A stretch of DNA of 57,487 bases, from the NCBI GenBank assembly GCA_043771175.1, contig JAYVHO010000012.1:1-57487 (forward strand). Reading direction: 5' to 3'. The notes beneath the pieces are model-generated. The model had not been told where the DNA came from and searched no databases. It was given only the letters and a program-made list of their open reading frames with translations. Below, one piece after another: positions 8,142 through 18,359 of this stretch; position 1 is the first letter of the stretch, and every line of letters begins with the position of its first letter. Source of the stretch: a bacterium. Lineage in GTDB: Bacteria > Patescibacteriota > Minisyncoccia > Phycocordibacterales > UBA1006. A program made the position numbers and the translations under genes.

Positions 8142-8423
8142 ATGGAAGACCCAAATAATCAATCATCAACTAATTCTGATATAGTAACAATTGCTGAAAT
8201 AGCTGATAAAGTTGATGCAAGTTCTAATAATGGTTGGAATGAGAAAGATGAAGCTGAAGCAACAGGTCAATAATCGAGTAATGTTTCAAATACCTGGCAT
8301 TCTGTTCGAGATGATGCACAAGAGTCAGGTGAATTACCAGAAAGAATGTTTACAAAAGAAGACTCACAAGATGGCGGAAATGGTTCTGGCATTTTTAGTT
8401 TTCTGAGTGGCATATTTGATTAG
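8142..8423 (+). pseudogene. Small acidic hypothetical protein with an internal in-frame TAA (8271-8273)
   Basis: Strong SD (aggaggt) before ATG 8142. MEDPNNQ...EATGQ*SSNVSNTWHSVRDDAQESGELPER...FD* continues in one frame through the stop. Confidence 0.6.
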
Positions 8424-8491
8424 TATTTTAAACATAAAACTCTTACCATTTATTTGTGGTGAGAGTTTTTTAGGCTGTACTCATAGTTAGT

Positions 8492-8815
8492 ATGAAAAAC
8501 TTTAAAGAAATTACACCAATTCCATATACTCTTGAAGAAGATTTAGAGTTAATAAAAACAGAAAACTTTACAAATAAAAAATTAATTGAAAAATATTCAT
8601 TTTATCCAACTCTGATACTTATGGATTATCAATTTGAATATTTTTACTTTAGAGATTCTGTGATTGAAAAAATCACCACCGAACTTCTTCAATACGCTAA
8701 ATACTATCATGAGTATTCTACAGAACTTAATGAGTCACTTTATCAAAAATTACAAAAATTTACCGAAGAGTTGATGGTAAAATATATCGTTGAAGAAAAA
8801 GCAAGAAAGATATAA
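8492..8815 (+). CDS. Hypothetical protein
   Basis: 107-aa ORF with normal codon usage; no recognised motif. Confidence 0.6.
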   Translation: MKNFKEITPIPYTLEEDLELIKTENFTNKKLIEKYSFYPTLILMDYQFEYFYFRDSVIEKITTELLQYAKYYHEYSTELNESLYQKLQKFTEELMVKYIVEEKARKI

Positions 8816-8854
8816 TTTGTATACACATTTAAAATTTCTCTGTATAATAGACAC

Positions 8855-9868
8855 ATGTCAGAATTCGCTCCAAAAACAAACATATCTGTGAAACGAATTA
8901 TAACCGGAATTAGGCCTACTGCGACGCTAACCATCGCTAATCTCATAGGAGCTGCGGTTCCCTTATTAGAACTACAAAATACTACTGAAGGGCAGGTCTT
9001 GGTATTTGTTGCGACAATGCATGGACTTACTGACCATGAAGCAATTCAATTAAACACAGAAGAGATTGTTAAAGACTATCTTGCACTAGGTCTAGATCCA
9101 AAAAAAGTAATCATTTTTGATCAAAAAGATATTAGAAAAGAGGTTGCTCTTTTGAAAATGTATCTTGAGCGTCATCTTACGGTTGCTCGTGCTTGTCGAG
9201 TTCCAACGCTCAAGGATAAACTTCGACAAGGACAGAAACCAGAAGAAGCGAATGTTCTACTGATGAACTACCCAGTAATGATGGCAGCTGATATTTTTTT
9301 GCAAGATGCTGATGTTGTTCCAGTTGGTAAAGATCAGTATTCACATATGGAGCTTATGCGAGAACTTGCCGATTCAGTAAATGAAAAATATGGAAAAGAC
9401 AAAAAAATTCTTGTTCGAGCTGAAACCATGAATCGTGATGAACCTATCAATATTTTGTCACTCAATGGTGAAGGTAAGATGTCAAAATCAAAACCAGAAG
9501 GTGCAATATTTTTAACAGATAGCCCAGAAGTTATTACAAAAAAAATGAAGCGAGCTGAAACTGCAATTGAAGGCGATATGAGTGATAAACTTAATAATCT
9601 TATTAAAATCGCAGATGCTTTGGCTCCTGAATACAATAAAGAAATTGAGTCAATAATAGCTCGTCATATGTCAGGAGAGAAAGTAATGGGTGAGCTTAAA
9701 AAGCTTCTCACAGAAATACTTATTAATTTTACAAAAGCATTTCAGGTAAGACGTGCTGAAATTACTCATGAACAGGTCTCAATTATTTTGAGTGAAGGTT
9801 CAGTGATTGCAAAAACAAATGCTAATATTGTGCTCGAAAGATTAGAGAAAGCTATGGGTTTAATATAA
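8855..9868 (+). CDS. trpS: Tryptophan--tRNA ligase
   Basis: TGIRPT, TIAN (HIGH-like), YPVMMAADI, VPVGKDQ and KMSKS motifs. Confidence 0.96.
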   Translation: MSEFAPKTNISVKRIITGIRPTATLTIANLIGAAVPLLELQNTTEGQVLVFVATMHGLTDHEAIQLNTEEIVKDYLALGLDPKKVIIFDQKDIRKEVALLKMYLERHLTVARACRVPTLKDKLRQGQKPEEANVLLMNYPVMMAADIFLQDADVVPVGKDQYSHMELMRELADSVNEKYGKDKKILVRAETMNRDEPINILSLNGEGKMSKSKPEGAIFLTDSPEVITKKMKRAETAIEGDMSDKLNNLIKIADALAPEYNKEIESIIARHMSGEKVMGELKKLLTEILINFTKAFQVRRAEITHEQVSIILSEGSVIAKTNANIVLERLEKAMGLI

Positions 9869-9879
9869 ATTATCAAGTT

Positions 9880-10422
9880 TTATTCTTCAAACGGATTTGG
9901 AGAAATATCTGCCACCTTCATCAGTGTTATTTCGTGGCTCAAGTTAAACTTTTCGCGTAGAAATAAAATGAATTCTTCAATAGGATTTTTGGTAACCCAC
10001 ACGCCGCTACGCATTTGTTCACACCCCACAGAAACCAAGGCTTTACGCACATCGTCACGTATTTTGCGGTCTTCGTCCGTAAAATCGAGCATAATCACGC
10101 GGTAAAACCCATCAAATCCAAAGTCTGGATGGTGAGCAATTGGGTTGTCTAAAGGGCGACTTTTAACGTGGTCACGTCCAATGGTGGTAAGAGAAATTGA
10201 ACATTCAGAATCGGTGTAGTCAAACGACACAAATCCTCGTTCCTCAAGACGCTTGAGGGTGCGTGAAATCAAATATTCTGGCTTAAAACTGCGTTCTTCT
10301 AATGATTTGAGAGTTACTGAGTCTGATACCCTAAACATGGCTTCTGGGACGATATCTTCTTTTGAAAGAAACCCCTTTTCCTCCAGGATTTCCATAATGA
10401 TGTACTGCAGACTCTTTTTCAT
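9880..10422 (-). CDS. PaaX-like transcriptional regulator (wHTH plus PaaX/Cas2-like central domain)
   Basis: ISRTLKRLEERGFV...ISLTTIG wHTH, then FDGFYRVIMLDF...R...R..L...G...M..GVWV. Start taken at MKKSLQY. Confidence 0.75.
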   Translation of the reverse strand: MKKSLQYIIMEILEEKGFLSKEDIVPEAMFRVSDSVTLKSLEERSFKPEYLISRTLKRLEERGFVSFDYTDSECSISLTTIGRDHVKSRPLDNPIAHHPDFGFDGFYRVIMLDFTDEDRKIRDDVRKALVSVGCEQMRSGVWVTKNPIEEFILFLREKFNLSHEITLMKVADISPNPFEE

Positions 10423-10501
10423 AAATCTATAGTAACATATTTGACAAATATTGCAATGTATGTCAATATGTTGTAAACATTCATTAAAACAAAAAATAAA
10501 A

Positions 10502-11257
10502 ATGGAAATCAAAACAATTGTATTGAGTGTAATTGCCCTGAGAAATCTTCTTATTGAAATTCAGCAAGAAATTTCACAAGTGCAAAAATATGGTGCAGGT
10601 GCTGCCAAGCATGCCAATGATAAATTTTCAGAAATTATCACAGGATATGACAAATTTCTGGATGATTTAAAAACAGGATTTCTGGCAGAAGTTCAAAGCA
10701 CTGGAGTAACACCACATCAATTTATAGTGAAGTACGGTATTTGTGACTACACTAAAGATGGTGGTGGAATTTCAGGAATTAATGTTGAAAATTTTTCTTT
10801 TAAAAAGCAGAAAGAACTTTTTGTTGGAAAAAGAAAAGGTGAAATCATTCGCTCTTTTGGCTCATTGCAGATTGCAATTTTTAAGTCTGTACAATCAAAG
10901 CAAAAAGTACTGAAGTTTCAATTCCCATGGCCAAAATGGGTTGAAAAAAATGAACTTGACTCATGGTTGAGTTTATATCAAGAGAGCCACATGTATAGTA
11001 TGATTACGGGTGCGCCATGTGAATTTGGTTTAAATAAATCAAAAGAATATGCCACAAAGATTCCAGACATAAGACTGTTTATCGGCAAAGAATATGGTTC
11101 ATTTGATGAAAATGCACCGTTTCAGGAACCATTATCCAAAACTTTGACAACAAAATCCTATGGATGGAAACGCAAAGAATCATTTTTGGTTCTTGAATCA
11201 AATTTTATAGTAGAGTTTCTTAACGATGTTTTATTAAAAAGTTTACTTCCTGAGTAA
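10502..11257 (+). CDS. Hypothetical protein
   Basis: Long ORF; start taken at MEIKTIV after an A-rich leader. Confidence 0.7.
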   Translation: MEIKTIVLSVIALRNLLIEIQQEISQVQKYGAGAAKHANDKFSEIITGYDKFLDDLKTGFLAEVQSTGVTPHQFIVKYGICDYTKDGGGISGINVENFSFKKQKELFVGKRKGEIIRSFGSLQIAIFKSVQSKQKVLKFQFPWPKWVEKNELDSWLSLYQESHMYSMITGAPCEFGLNKSKEYATKIPDIRLFIGKEYGSFDENAPFQEPLSKTLTTKSYGWKRKESFLVLESNFIVEFLNDVLLKSLLPE

Positions 11258-11398
11258 ATCAAAGACTGTTGCGTATTATGCGTAACAGTCTTTTCATTTG
11301 TATTATTACTTGACATTTATGTTATTTCATGATATATTTTAATTCAATTGTATTTTTAAAACCAAACCAAAAGTCCTGCTACCTCAGGCATCTAAGAC

Positions 11399-11878
11399 AT
11401 GAAAAAAGTGTTTTTTCACCTTGCTATTATTATCTTTACTGTTATTGCATTAATACTGACGATTGGAAAATCACCGGTATTTGCAAACAAGCCACCGGCA
11501 CCAAAAACACCAATTACAGATATCTTGAAAAAGAATTATTCTGCAGAAGTACTCAAAGTCGGTGGTGTGGAGTATTTGGCGATTAAACCAAATCACCATC
11601 ATTTCCCTGGCGCAGCGTATGCATATCTGGAGTATATGCTTTATAAATATGCAGTTCCTGCGAATGAGAGAAAGATCCTCGAAGTGTTTGGTAATAACCC
11701 AAAGTACATGACCGAAGGTCTTGAGTTTTGGTTTCCATATTCTCGGGAAAGTGCCGAGAGACCATACCTATGGAAAGTGACTTCTTTAGCAAAAAATAAC
11801 CTTGGTATGGTAGGTAACTTAGTAGATCTAAAATATAATTGCCATCCAAAAACTCGTTTTTTGTTTGTACTCAGGTAA
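11399..11878 (+). CDS. Hypothetical secreted or membrane-anchored protein
   Basis: N-terminal hydrophobic signal-like segment; TTGACA-17-TATATT promoter at 11310-11338. Confidence 0.7.
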   Translation: MKKVFFHLAIIIFTVIALILTIGKSPVFANKPPAPKTPITDILKKNYSAEVLKVGGVEYLAIKPNHHHFPGAAYAYLEYMLYKYAVPANERKILEVFGNNPKYMTEGLEFWFPYSRESAERPYLWKVTSLAKNNLGMVGNLVDLKYNCHPKTRFLFVLR

Positions 11879-11900
11879 ACTTGCCAATTTTTGGTAAGCA

Positions 11901-11937
11901 AAAAGCCGGAAAATTCTTTCAGAATTTTCCGGCTTTT
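11901..11937. terminator. Bidirectional terminator-like hairpin
   Basis: aaaagccggaaaattct-ttc-agaattttccggctttt, a perfect 17-bp stem between convergent units. Confidence 0.85.
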
Positions 11938-11954
11938 ATACTGCCTGTTTTTTG

Positions 11955-12035
<81 letters not shown>

Positions 12036-12050
12036 ATGTGATTTATGATA

Positions 12051-12974
12051 TCACTTATGCATTGATTTGAACAGATCTTCTAATGCTTTTATACCATCAC
12101 CAGCAGCAATGTTATTTTGATGATATAAAATATTGGTACAATCTCCTGCGGCCCAAATTCGCGAGTGAGATGTTTTACCAGTTAATGGATCAATTTTGAT
12201 AGATCCAAATTCAGAAAGTTCTACCAACTCTTTAATAATTTCTGTAGTGGGGATTTGTCCAATTTCACAAAATATTCCAGACACGGGAAGGGTTTGAGTT
12301 TCTTGAGTAATGGTATTTTTAATAGTTATACCAGTAACGGCAGTATCTCCAATAATTTCAACTGGTTCAGTATTTATAAGGAGCGTGAAATTTGGATGTT
12401 TAAGAATATTTTGAACCGTTACCGCATCTGCTCTGGGTTCACTACTTCTGTTAATCAGGGTTACATTGGGGCAATAGGCAAGTAGTTCAAAAGCTGACTC
12501 AAACCCTGCATTTCCTCCACCAATCACTACGGCATTTTTACCAGCATATAATGGTCCATCACAAGATGCGCAATACACAACGCCTTTGGCATCAAATTCT
12601 TCCACTCCTTTAATGCTAAGTTTTTTCCTGGATGATCCAGCCGTATAGAGAATTTTTTTTGCGATTATAACTTCAGAAGATGAAAGAATGATAGAAAAAT
12701 TCTCACCGTCATCCGTAATTGTAGTAACTTTAAAATATTCTTTAATAATAGCTGTTTCTGTCACATTTGCTTTTGCATGTGTTTTAAACTTTTCTGCGAG
12801 GTCAGAACCGCTGATGTGTGATTCTCCAATCCAGTTTTTAATATCGCTTGAAACGATAGATTGTCCTCCAAAACTTTCCGTAATAAGTACTGTTTTTAAA
12901 CCTTTTCGTGAAGCATACACAAATGCAGCGGTTCCTGCAGGGCCAGCTCCAATAATTGCTACATCAAATATCAT
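12051..12974 (-). CDS. trxB: Thioredoxin reductase/AhpF-like FAD-dependent oxidoreductase
   Basis: IIGAGPAG FAD motif, CASCD redox pair, VIGGGNAG NADPH motif, and AAGD. Confidence 0.85.
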   Translation of the reverse strand: MIFDVAIIGAGPAGTAAFVYASRKGLKTVLITESFGGQSIVSSDIKNWIGESHISGSDLAEKFKTHAKANVTETAIIKEYFKVTTITDDGENFSIILSSSEVIIAKKILYTAGSSRKKLSIKGVEEFDAKGVVYCASCDGPLYAGKNAVVIGGGNAGFESAFELLAYCPNVTLINRSSEPRADAVTVQNILKHPNFTLLINTEPVEIIGDTAVTGITIKNTITQETQTLPVSGIFCEIGQIPTTEIIKELVELSEFGSIKIDPLTGKTSHSRIWAAGDCTNILYHQNNIAAGDGIKALEDLFKSMHK

Positions 12975-12985
12975 AGAATAATTTA

Positions 12986-14227
12986 TTAATCGTTATTAAA
13001 AGGTTTGCGGCGAAGAAGTGGGGGAAGCTTACCACCAAAGCGAGATTGTGTTGGTGCATTATGTGAAATTGGTTCTTCTACTACAATTTCTGTTACTTCT
13101 GCGCGTTGTACACGTGGCTGAGCATACGTTGGTGCCGGTGCTTCCTCATGGGTTACTTCATGTATTTTAACCGGTTCTGTATTGTGATGATTTTCATTAT
13201 TTTTTGAAAGAATAATAGGTTCTTCACGTTTAGTATGTGATTCTTTTATTTTTGCAGTATCAAAACCAGCAGCAATAACGGTGACTTTAATTTCACCTTC
13301 TTTTATTTCTTTCATATGGTCTGGTGAATGCATAATTTGACCATAAATAACACGAGCATTTGGATCTATTGATTCAGTAATAATTTGTGAAATTTTATTA
13401 AGCTCTGACATTTTAAAGTCTTGACCCGAGGTAATGCAATACAAAACATTTTTAGCACCAGTAACTGACATATTAAGAAGAGGAGTATTAATAGCTTTTT
13501 TAGCAGCTTCTACTGCACGGTTTTCTCCACTGGCAAATCCAATTCCAATAAACGCAGATCCAGCACCCGTTAAAATAGCTTGAAAATCGCGGAAGTCTGT
13601 ATTGATTTTACCTGGTGTAGTTATAATATTTGAAATACCTTCAACGGTTTGGCGGAGAATTTCATCGCACATTTCGAAAGCTTCATTCAGAGTTTTCTCT
13701 TCATCAATGACTTCAAGAATTTGGTCATTTGGAATAACAATAATTGCATCAACTTCTTTACGAAGATCTTCGACACCTTTAATAGCAATAGCATTGCGTT
13801 GCTTTTGTTCAAACATGAATGGGGTGGTAACAACAGCAATGGTTAAAATTCCTTGCTCTCGTGCCTCTCTGGCAACTACTGGCGAGGCACCTGTTCCGGT
13901 TCCTCCTCCCATACCACAGGCAATAAATACCATGTCTGCACCTTTTAACACTTCTTGGATTTCAGAACGAGTTTCTTCTGCGGCGTCACGTCCAATTTCT
14001 GGATTCATTCCGGTGCCTTTACCGCTGGTAAGGTTTCTTCCCAGATGAATTTTGGTGCTGGCAAGTGATTTGTGCAAATCTTGTGAATCAGTGTTCATTC
14101 CAATAAATTCAACTCCTTCAATTCCTGATCTTATCATGTGATTAATGGCATTTAATCCTGATCCACCAATACCAATTACCTTGATATTGGCTATAGTTTG
14201 TGGTTCTCGTTCAATGATTCTTGGCAT
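12986..14227 (-). CDS. ftsZ: Cell division protein FtsZ
   Basis: IKVIGIGGSG and the GMGGGTGTG tubulin signature. Confidence 0.99.
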   Translation of the reverse strand: MPRIIEREPQTIANIKVIGIGGSGLNAINHMIRSGIEGVEFIGMNTDSQDLHKSLASTKIHLGRNLTSGKGTGMNPEIGRDAAEETRSEIQEVLKGADMVFIACGMGGGTGTGASPVVAREAREQGILTIAVVTTPFMFEQKQRNAIAIKGVEDLRKEVDAIIVIPNDQILEVIDEEKTLNEAFEMCDEILRQTVEGISNIITTPGKINTDFRDFQAILTGAGSAFIGIGFASGENRAVEAAKKAINTPLLNMSVTGAKNVLYCITSGQDFKMSELNKISQIITESIDPNARVIYGQIMHSPDHMKEIKEGEIKVTVIAAGFDTAKIKESHTKREEPIILSKNNENHHNTEPVKIHEVTHEEAPAPTYAQPRVQRAEVTEIVVEEPISHNAPTQSRFGGKLPPLLRRKPFNND

Positions 14228-14275
14228 AATTAATGTTATTATATCACAAAAGAAAAATATGAGGCTTTACTGTCT

Positions 14276-14350
14276 GTCATCCCGTTGCATAACGGGATCT
14301 AGATTGTTAATTGCATGATTCGCCTGGGTCACGTTATGTAAGGGGATGAC
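14276..14350. repeat. REP/MITE-like palindromic element (copy 1)
   Basis: 8-bp terminal inverted repeat gtcatccc...gggatgac with an internal hairpin atcccgtt-gcat-aacgggat. Confidence 0.55.
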
Positions 14351-14358
14351 GCGTAGTG

Positions 14359-15531
14359 TTATGGTATTAATTTTTTTAACACCTTTGTAACAAAAACCTT
14401 AACCGAGTTTAAAATATCCTTTGGAGAAATGGTAAATTCATTATACTCGCTGGCCAAAAGACATGTTCCATACGGAGTAGCCCATGATGTCTCACGAATT
14501 CTGGTTCTGGTATTAATCGGCAAATCAATTGTTGAAACAAATGCGGGAAGTTCAAAATATGCTTTGGCACTTTGGTCGATTTTTGAAAGTTGAGATCCTC
14601 CTCCCATAATAATAATTCCCGCTGGAAATTGTGAATCTTTATGATGATTTTCAAGGTGAAAAGAAATAGTATCAAAAATAGCAGACAAACGTGATTGAAC
14701 AATCGTGGAAACACGATCTTTTGAAATAGGATGAAGAAGTTTATCAAATTCTCCTTTTTTTGCTTTCTCTGCTTCTTCAAGTGAAATCTGAAGGTGAATA
14801 GCAATGTCATTGGTGATGTCACTAGATCCCGTTTCGTATACTTTTAAAGATGATAAAACCCCTTCTTCATAAACAGAGATAGTGAGTGTTTCTGCACCCA
14901 AATCAACAAAAATACATCCAGAAATTTTTTGACGTTCCGTTAATATTGCGCGAGCTGAGGCTTGGGGTGCAGCTAATATTCCATGAACTTCAATTTCGAG
15001 ATTTGAAAATACGTCGGTGATATCTGCAAGATGATGTTCTGGATATAAAATATATACCACTGATGCAGAAATGGTTTCTCCCAACAGTCCCAGCGGTTTA
15101 CCCATAATTGGTTTTTGATCAAGTAAATACCGTTTGGTGACGCTGTCGATAATATGATAGTTGGGCTGATAATGGTCCACATAGTCTCGTCCTTTTTGGT
15201 GGAGCGCTTTAATATCATCTGATGAAATAGATTTACGCTGTGTTAGTGTGGTACTGGCGGTCAAAGAAAATGAAGTAAGGCCAATGCCACCAAGTGACAC
15301 GTAACAAGATTTTATAGGAATTTGAACATCTTTTTGAGCTTTAGTGATGGCTTCTTCTATGGAACGAGAAATTTCCTTTTTATTGATAATGTATCCACTG
15401 CGCATTCCTCGTGACGGTGCCTCACCTATAGAAATAATTTTTGGAGCCGATCCATCACTTTTAACTTCACATACAATCACACGTACGTGTGAAGTTCCAA
15501 GGTCGATTGATGTGATCAGGGCGGTTCTCAT
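14359..15531 (-). CDS. ftsA: Cell division protein FtsA
   Basis: SIDLGTS, VDLGAET, GIIIMGGGSQL and WATPYG motifs; directly upstream of ftsZ. Confidence 0.95.
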   Translation of the reverse strand: MRTALITSIDLGTSHVRVIVCEVKSDGSAPKIISIGEAPSRGMRSGYIINKKEISRSIEEAITKAQKDVQIPIKSCYVSLGGIGLTSFSLTASTTLTQRKSISSDDIKALHQKGRDYVDHYQPNYHIIDSVTKRYLLDQKPIMGKPLGLLGETISASVVYILYPEHHLADITDVFSNLEIEVHGILAAPQASARAILTERQKISGCIFVDLGAETLTISVYEEGVLSSLKVYETGSSDITNDIAIHLQISLEEAEKAKKGEFDKLLHPISKDRVSTIVQSRLSAIFDTISFHLENHHKDSQFPAGIIIMGGGSQLSKIDQSAKAYFELPAFVSTIDLPINTRTRIRETSWATPYGTCLLASEYNEFTISPKDILNSVKVFVTKVLKKLIP

Positions 15532-15638
15532 AAAATAAAGTATATCATGGACATAAAATGAAAGGAAAACAAGGATTGATTGTTGACAATTTTTTAATAC
15601 CGTGTAATCTGTTCAAGAACAAATTAACAAAAATATAT

Positions 15639-16055
15639 ATGAACTTAAAAACAATAGTAATTGCAGGTAATGAATTTTCTTACCAGAACAACGCACTGTA
15701 TGTAGCCATGACAAATGGTGTTGGGGTTTGGACAGCTCGTGGTACCTTTGAGGAAAATCCAAAAATAATCCCAAAAGCAACATCAAGTAATTTGCAAGAT
15801 GCTTCTGCAGAGTATATTAAAAAAACATATGACATTAAAAAGTTGTATGAAAATATGACACAGTTACCAGAGTATTCTAAATCGCGTACCCATTTATTTT
15901 TGATTGATTTTGAAAATAAGCGGATTTATTCTCATTCAAATAGTGCAGAAGATATAGCTCGGAATCATTTGGAAAAATTTGGCGTCGAGAATCTTCACGA
16001 ATTCTCTGTAATGAATATTGAATGGTATTTTGCTGAAAGTCTAATATGTTATTAA
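15639..16055 (+). CDS. Hypothetical protein
   Basis: ORF with its own TTGACA-16-TAATCT promoter (15583-15610) and terminator. Confidence 0.65.
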   Translation: MNLKTIVIAGNEFSYQNNALYVAMTNGVGVWTARGTFEENPKIIPKATSSNLQDASAEYIKKTYDIKKLYENMTQLPEYSKSRTHLFLIDFENKRIYSHSNSAEDIARNHLEKFGVENLHEFSVMNIEWYFAESLICY

Positions 16056-16062
16056 ATCTATC

Positions 16063-16097
16063 AAAAAGCCGAACATGCGTAGCATGTTCGGCTTTTT
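16063..16097. terminator. Bidirectional terminator-like hairpin
   Basis: aaaaagccgaacatgc-gta-gcatgttcggcttttt. Confidence 0.85.
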
Positions 16098-16099
16098 AT

Positions 16100-16501
16100 T
16101 TATATCTGCGATAGATATTTTTTATAATAAATCTTTTCTTGTTGTTCCATGGCATGACCATGAGTGTATCCTTTTAAATGAAGACACCCATGAATACATA
16201 TAAAAAGCAGGTGTTCCACATAGGTTCTGTTGTATGATGGAGCCTTTTTTCTAATTGAAGGAAGATGAAGAATAATTTCACCAGAGTCTGTTTCAAGCGG
16301 AAAACTTAAAATATCTGCTGGACCATCCTTGTGTTTAAATTGGATATGTAATGCTTCTGATTTTTTTGCCATGATACAGGCAACAGATAAAATATAGTTT
16401 TTACCTAAAATATCATTTTTTATATCAAACAAAGGAAGCTTTGGAAAGCTTCCTTTGTGGAATACGTGAACAGAAAGAGTACTTTCAGATTCCGTAGTCA
16501 T
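16100..16501 (-). CDS. ybeY: rRNA maturation endoribonuclease YbeY
   Basis: DILSFPL and the HGCLHLKGYTH metal-binding motif. Confidence 0.93.
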   Translation of the reverse strand: MTTESESTLSVHVFHKGSFPKLPLFDIKNDILGKNYILSVACIMAKKSEALHIQFKHKDGPADILSFPLETDSGEIILHLPSIRKKAPSYNRTYVEHLLFICIHGCLHLKGYTHGHAMEQQEKIYYKKYLSQI

Positions 16502-16505
16502 AGAA

Positions 16506-16739
16506 TTATTGACGAACAGCAACTTTTCCAAGCTTTTCAAGCTTAGCTTTTTCTTCAGTTCGTTTAATGCGTACTAGCGCTCCTTCTTTACGGCGGAGTG
16601 TAGACTTTGAACGCTTGAAGTATCGGTCGTCCTTTATTTCTGAAACGTATCCAGCTGCGCGAACTTTACGAGAAAATCGTCGTAGGAGTCCTACTGCTGG
16701 TTCTGCTCCGTGTTTGGTTACAATTACTTGAAATGGCAT
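16506..16739 (-). CDS. rpsU: 30S ribosomal protein S21
   Basis: LLRRFSRKVRAAG...RYFKR; small basic protein. Confidence 0.85.
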   Translation of the reverse strand: MPFQVIVTKHGAEPAVGLLRRFSRKVRAAGYVSEIKDDRYFKRSKSTLRRKEGALVRIKRTEEKAKLEKLGKVAVRQ

Positions 16740-16779
16740 ATGTAACAATATAGTACCATGAATTTTCTTATTTGCAATT

Positions 16780-18267
16780 TTAAATCACAAGTGCCTCTTG
16801 TAATAAATCTTCTGGTGTTGGGGCAAGAGTAGGGTCTTCTGAAATTAAGTAAAGTTCAGAAGTTTTTAAAAACATGAGTGAAAGCATTTTCGCCATGGGG
16901 AGGGTGCCAGAAGAAAATACTAATCGATCATAATCAAATATATATAAAGCATCATACGTTTGAGCAGAAGATAAAAATGCTTTTAAGCTTCCCAGAATAA
17001 TTCCACCTGACAAAGAAACATCTTCAATTAATGTACTTACCTTCTTGGGTGATAGTTTATCTTCTGTTTCTTTAAATGCATCAAGTCTAAAAATTTTTAC
17101 CTGCTCGAAATATGCTAAAAGATATTCTTCTAATTGGCCAGTACCAAGACCCAGTTCAATAAGCGAAAGGGCACTACAGTATTGACATGCATCCCATGGT
17201 ATAAAAACTTTTTTTTCAGCGTGACACATATAGGTGATTTTTGAACCATTTTTATGTTTGTGAACTTTGGCATCACAACTGGAACATCTGGCTACTTTTT
17301 TACAGGTAGTACAAAATATTGCACTGCTGTAGCTGGTTTGAAGAGAAAATATGCCAATAGTTTTATGAGCTTTGATGTCTTTACTGAGCAGTCCTAAAAC
17401 TTTTTTTGGAATTACTGCGTGAGCTGTTGAAACGTATTCTGTTTTCTTATCTTCTTTTGAAGAAATTATATAGGTATCGTTTGATGATATACATATATCT
17501 GCTGTTAAACCATATACAACAACAGGTTGTGATGACGTTTGAAGCAGTAAATCTATGTGTGAAAACTTAAGATCATTATCATGATGAAAAATATTTTCAG
17601 GTTCAATAACACGAACAATACATAAATGTGTTGGAATAGATGGAATAAAACTTGATGTGGTCAGAATAATAAGACGCTGAGTGTTTTGATTATGTAAAAA
17701 TTCTTCATATGTTTTTTTATCATGAGCGTTTGAGCCTCCGTACATGTTTATAATTTCTATTTCATCATCATATAATGACAATAGTTTATGATGAAGCGTT
17801 AAAAGATATAACACAGAAGGACAAATAATTATCTGGCTTTGTTCGTATTCTTCAAGAATATCACCATGTAAAAGTGTTATATTTTTATATTCATGATCAT
17901 AACTTACAAATGGTGTTTCAACCCATAGAGAAATTTCTGACATGTGGCGTTCGATAATTTTTTTTGAAATAATTTGATGAAGAGGAATATTATATTTTTT
18001 TGATTCCGACATAAAAACATCAAGCGCTGCTGGTGAAATAATTCCATGTGGAGTTTGAAGAGGAATCGGCTTTAACTCAAAGTCACTGCTTTTAATAGAA
18101 AGCTTACGTTCTCTGATATGTGATGAGGAAAGTACCAAAAAAAATACATCGGCAGATCGTAGAGAAACGGTGATTATTGAGCCATTTTCAAACTGTTGCG
18201 TAGAGCGAAAAGAAAGCAGGGGATTTGGTAGATTTCTATATAAAACAATTCCTTCAACGATGTACAT
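16780..18267 (-). CDS. priA: Primosomal protein N' (degenerate helicase)
   Basis: 3'-DNA-binding N-terminus, Cys-rich zinc region, GLGTGQLEE and RLD motifs; Walker A is absent. Confidence 0.8.
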   Translation of the reverse strand: MYIVEGIVLYRNLPNPLLSFRSTQQFENGSIITVSLRSADVFFLVLSSSHIRERKLSIKSSDFELKPIPLQTPHGIISPAALDVFMSESKKYNIPLHQIISKKIIERHMSEISLWVETPFVSYDHEYKNITLLHGDILEEYEQSQIIICPSVLYLLTLHHKLLSLYDDEIEIINMYGGSNAHDKKTYEEFLHNQNTQRLIILTTSSFIPSIPTHLCIVRVIEPENIFHHDNDLKFSHIDLLLQTSSQPVVVYGLTADICISSNDTYIISSKEDKKTEYVSTAHAVIPKKVLGLLSKDIKAHKTIGIFSLQTSYSSAIFCTTCKKVARCSSCDAKVHKHKNGSKITYMCHAEKKVFIPWDACQYCSALSLIELGLGTGQLEEYLLAYFEQVKIFRLDAFKETEDKLSPKKVSTLIEDVSLSGGIILGSLKAFLSSAQTYDALYIFDYDRLVFSSGTLPMAKMLSLMFLKTSELYLISEDPTLAPTPEDLLQEALVI

Positions 18268-18359
18268 AGGTGTATTGTACGATATAAAAAACATATAGCG
18301 AAGTAAGGTTGGGTGTGGTAGAATTTGCCCTCATGATACAAAAGCGTATACTTAATTTT

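Noticed and set aside
8212-8406. 64-aa ORF in the track (MMQVLIMV...)
   Set aside because: It is an out-of-frame shadow of the SD-led frame 8142-8423.
9880-10422. Cas2-like C-terminal domain suggesting a CRISPR-Cas locus
   Set aside because: The domain is fused to a wHTH as in PaaX-like regulators. There is no cas1, no effector gene and no repeat-spacer array in the window.
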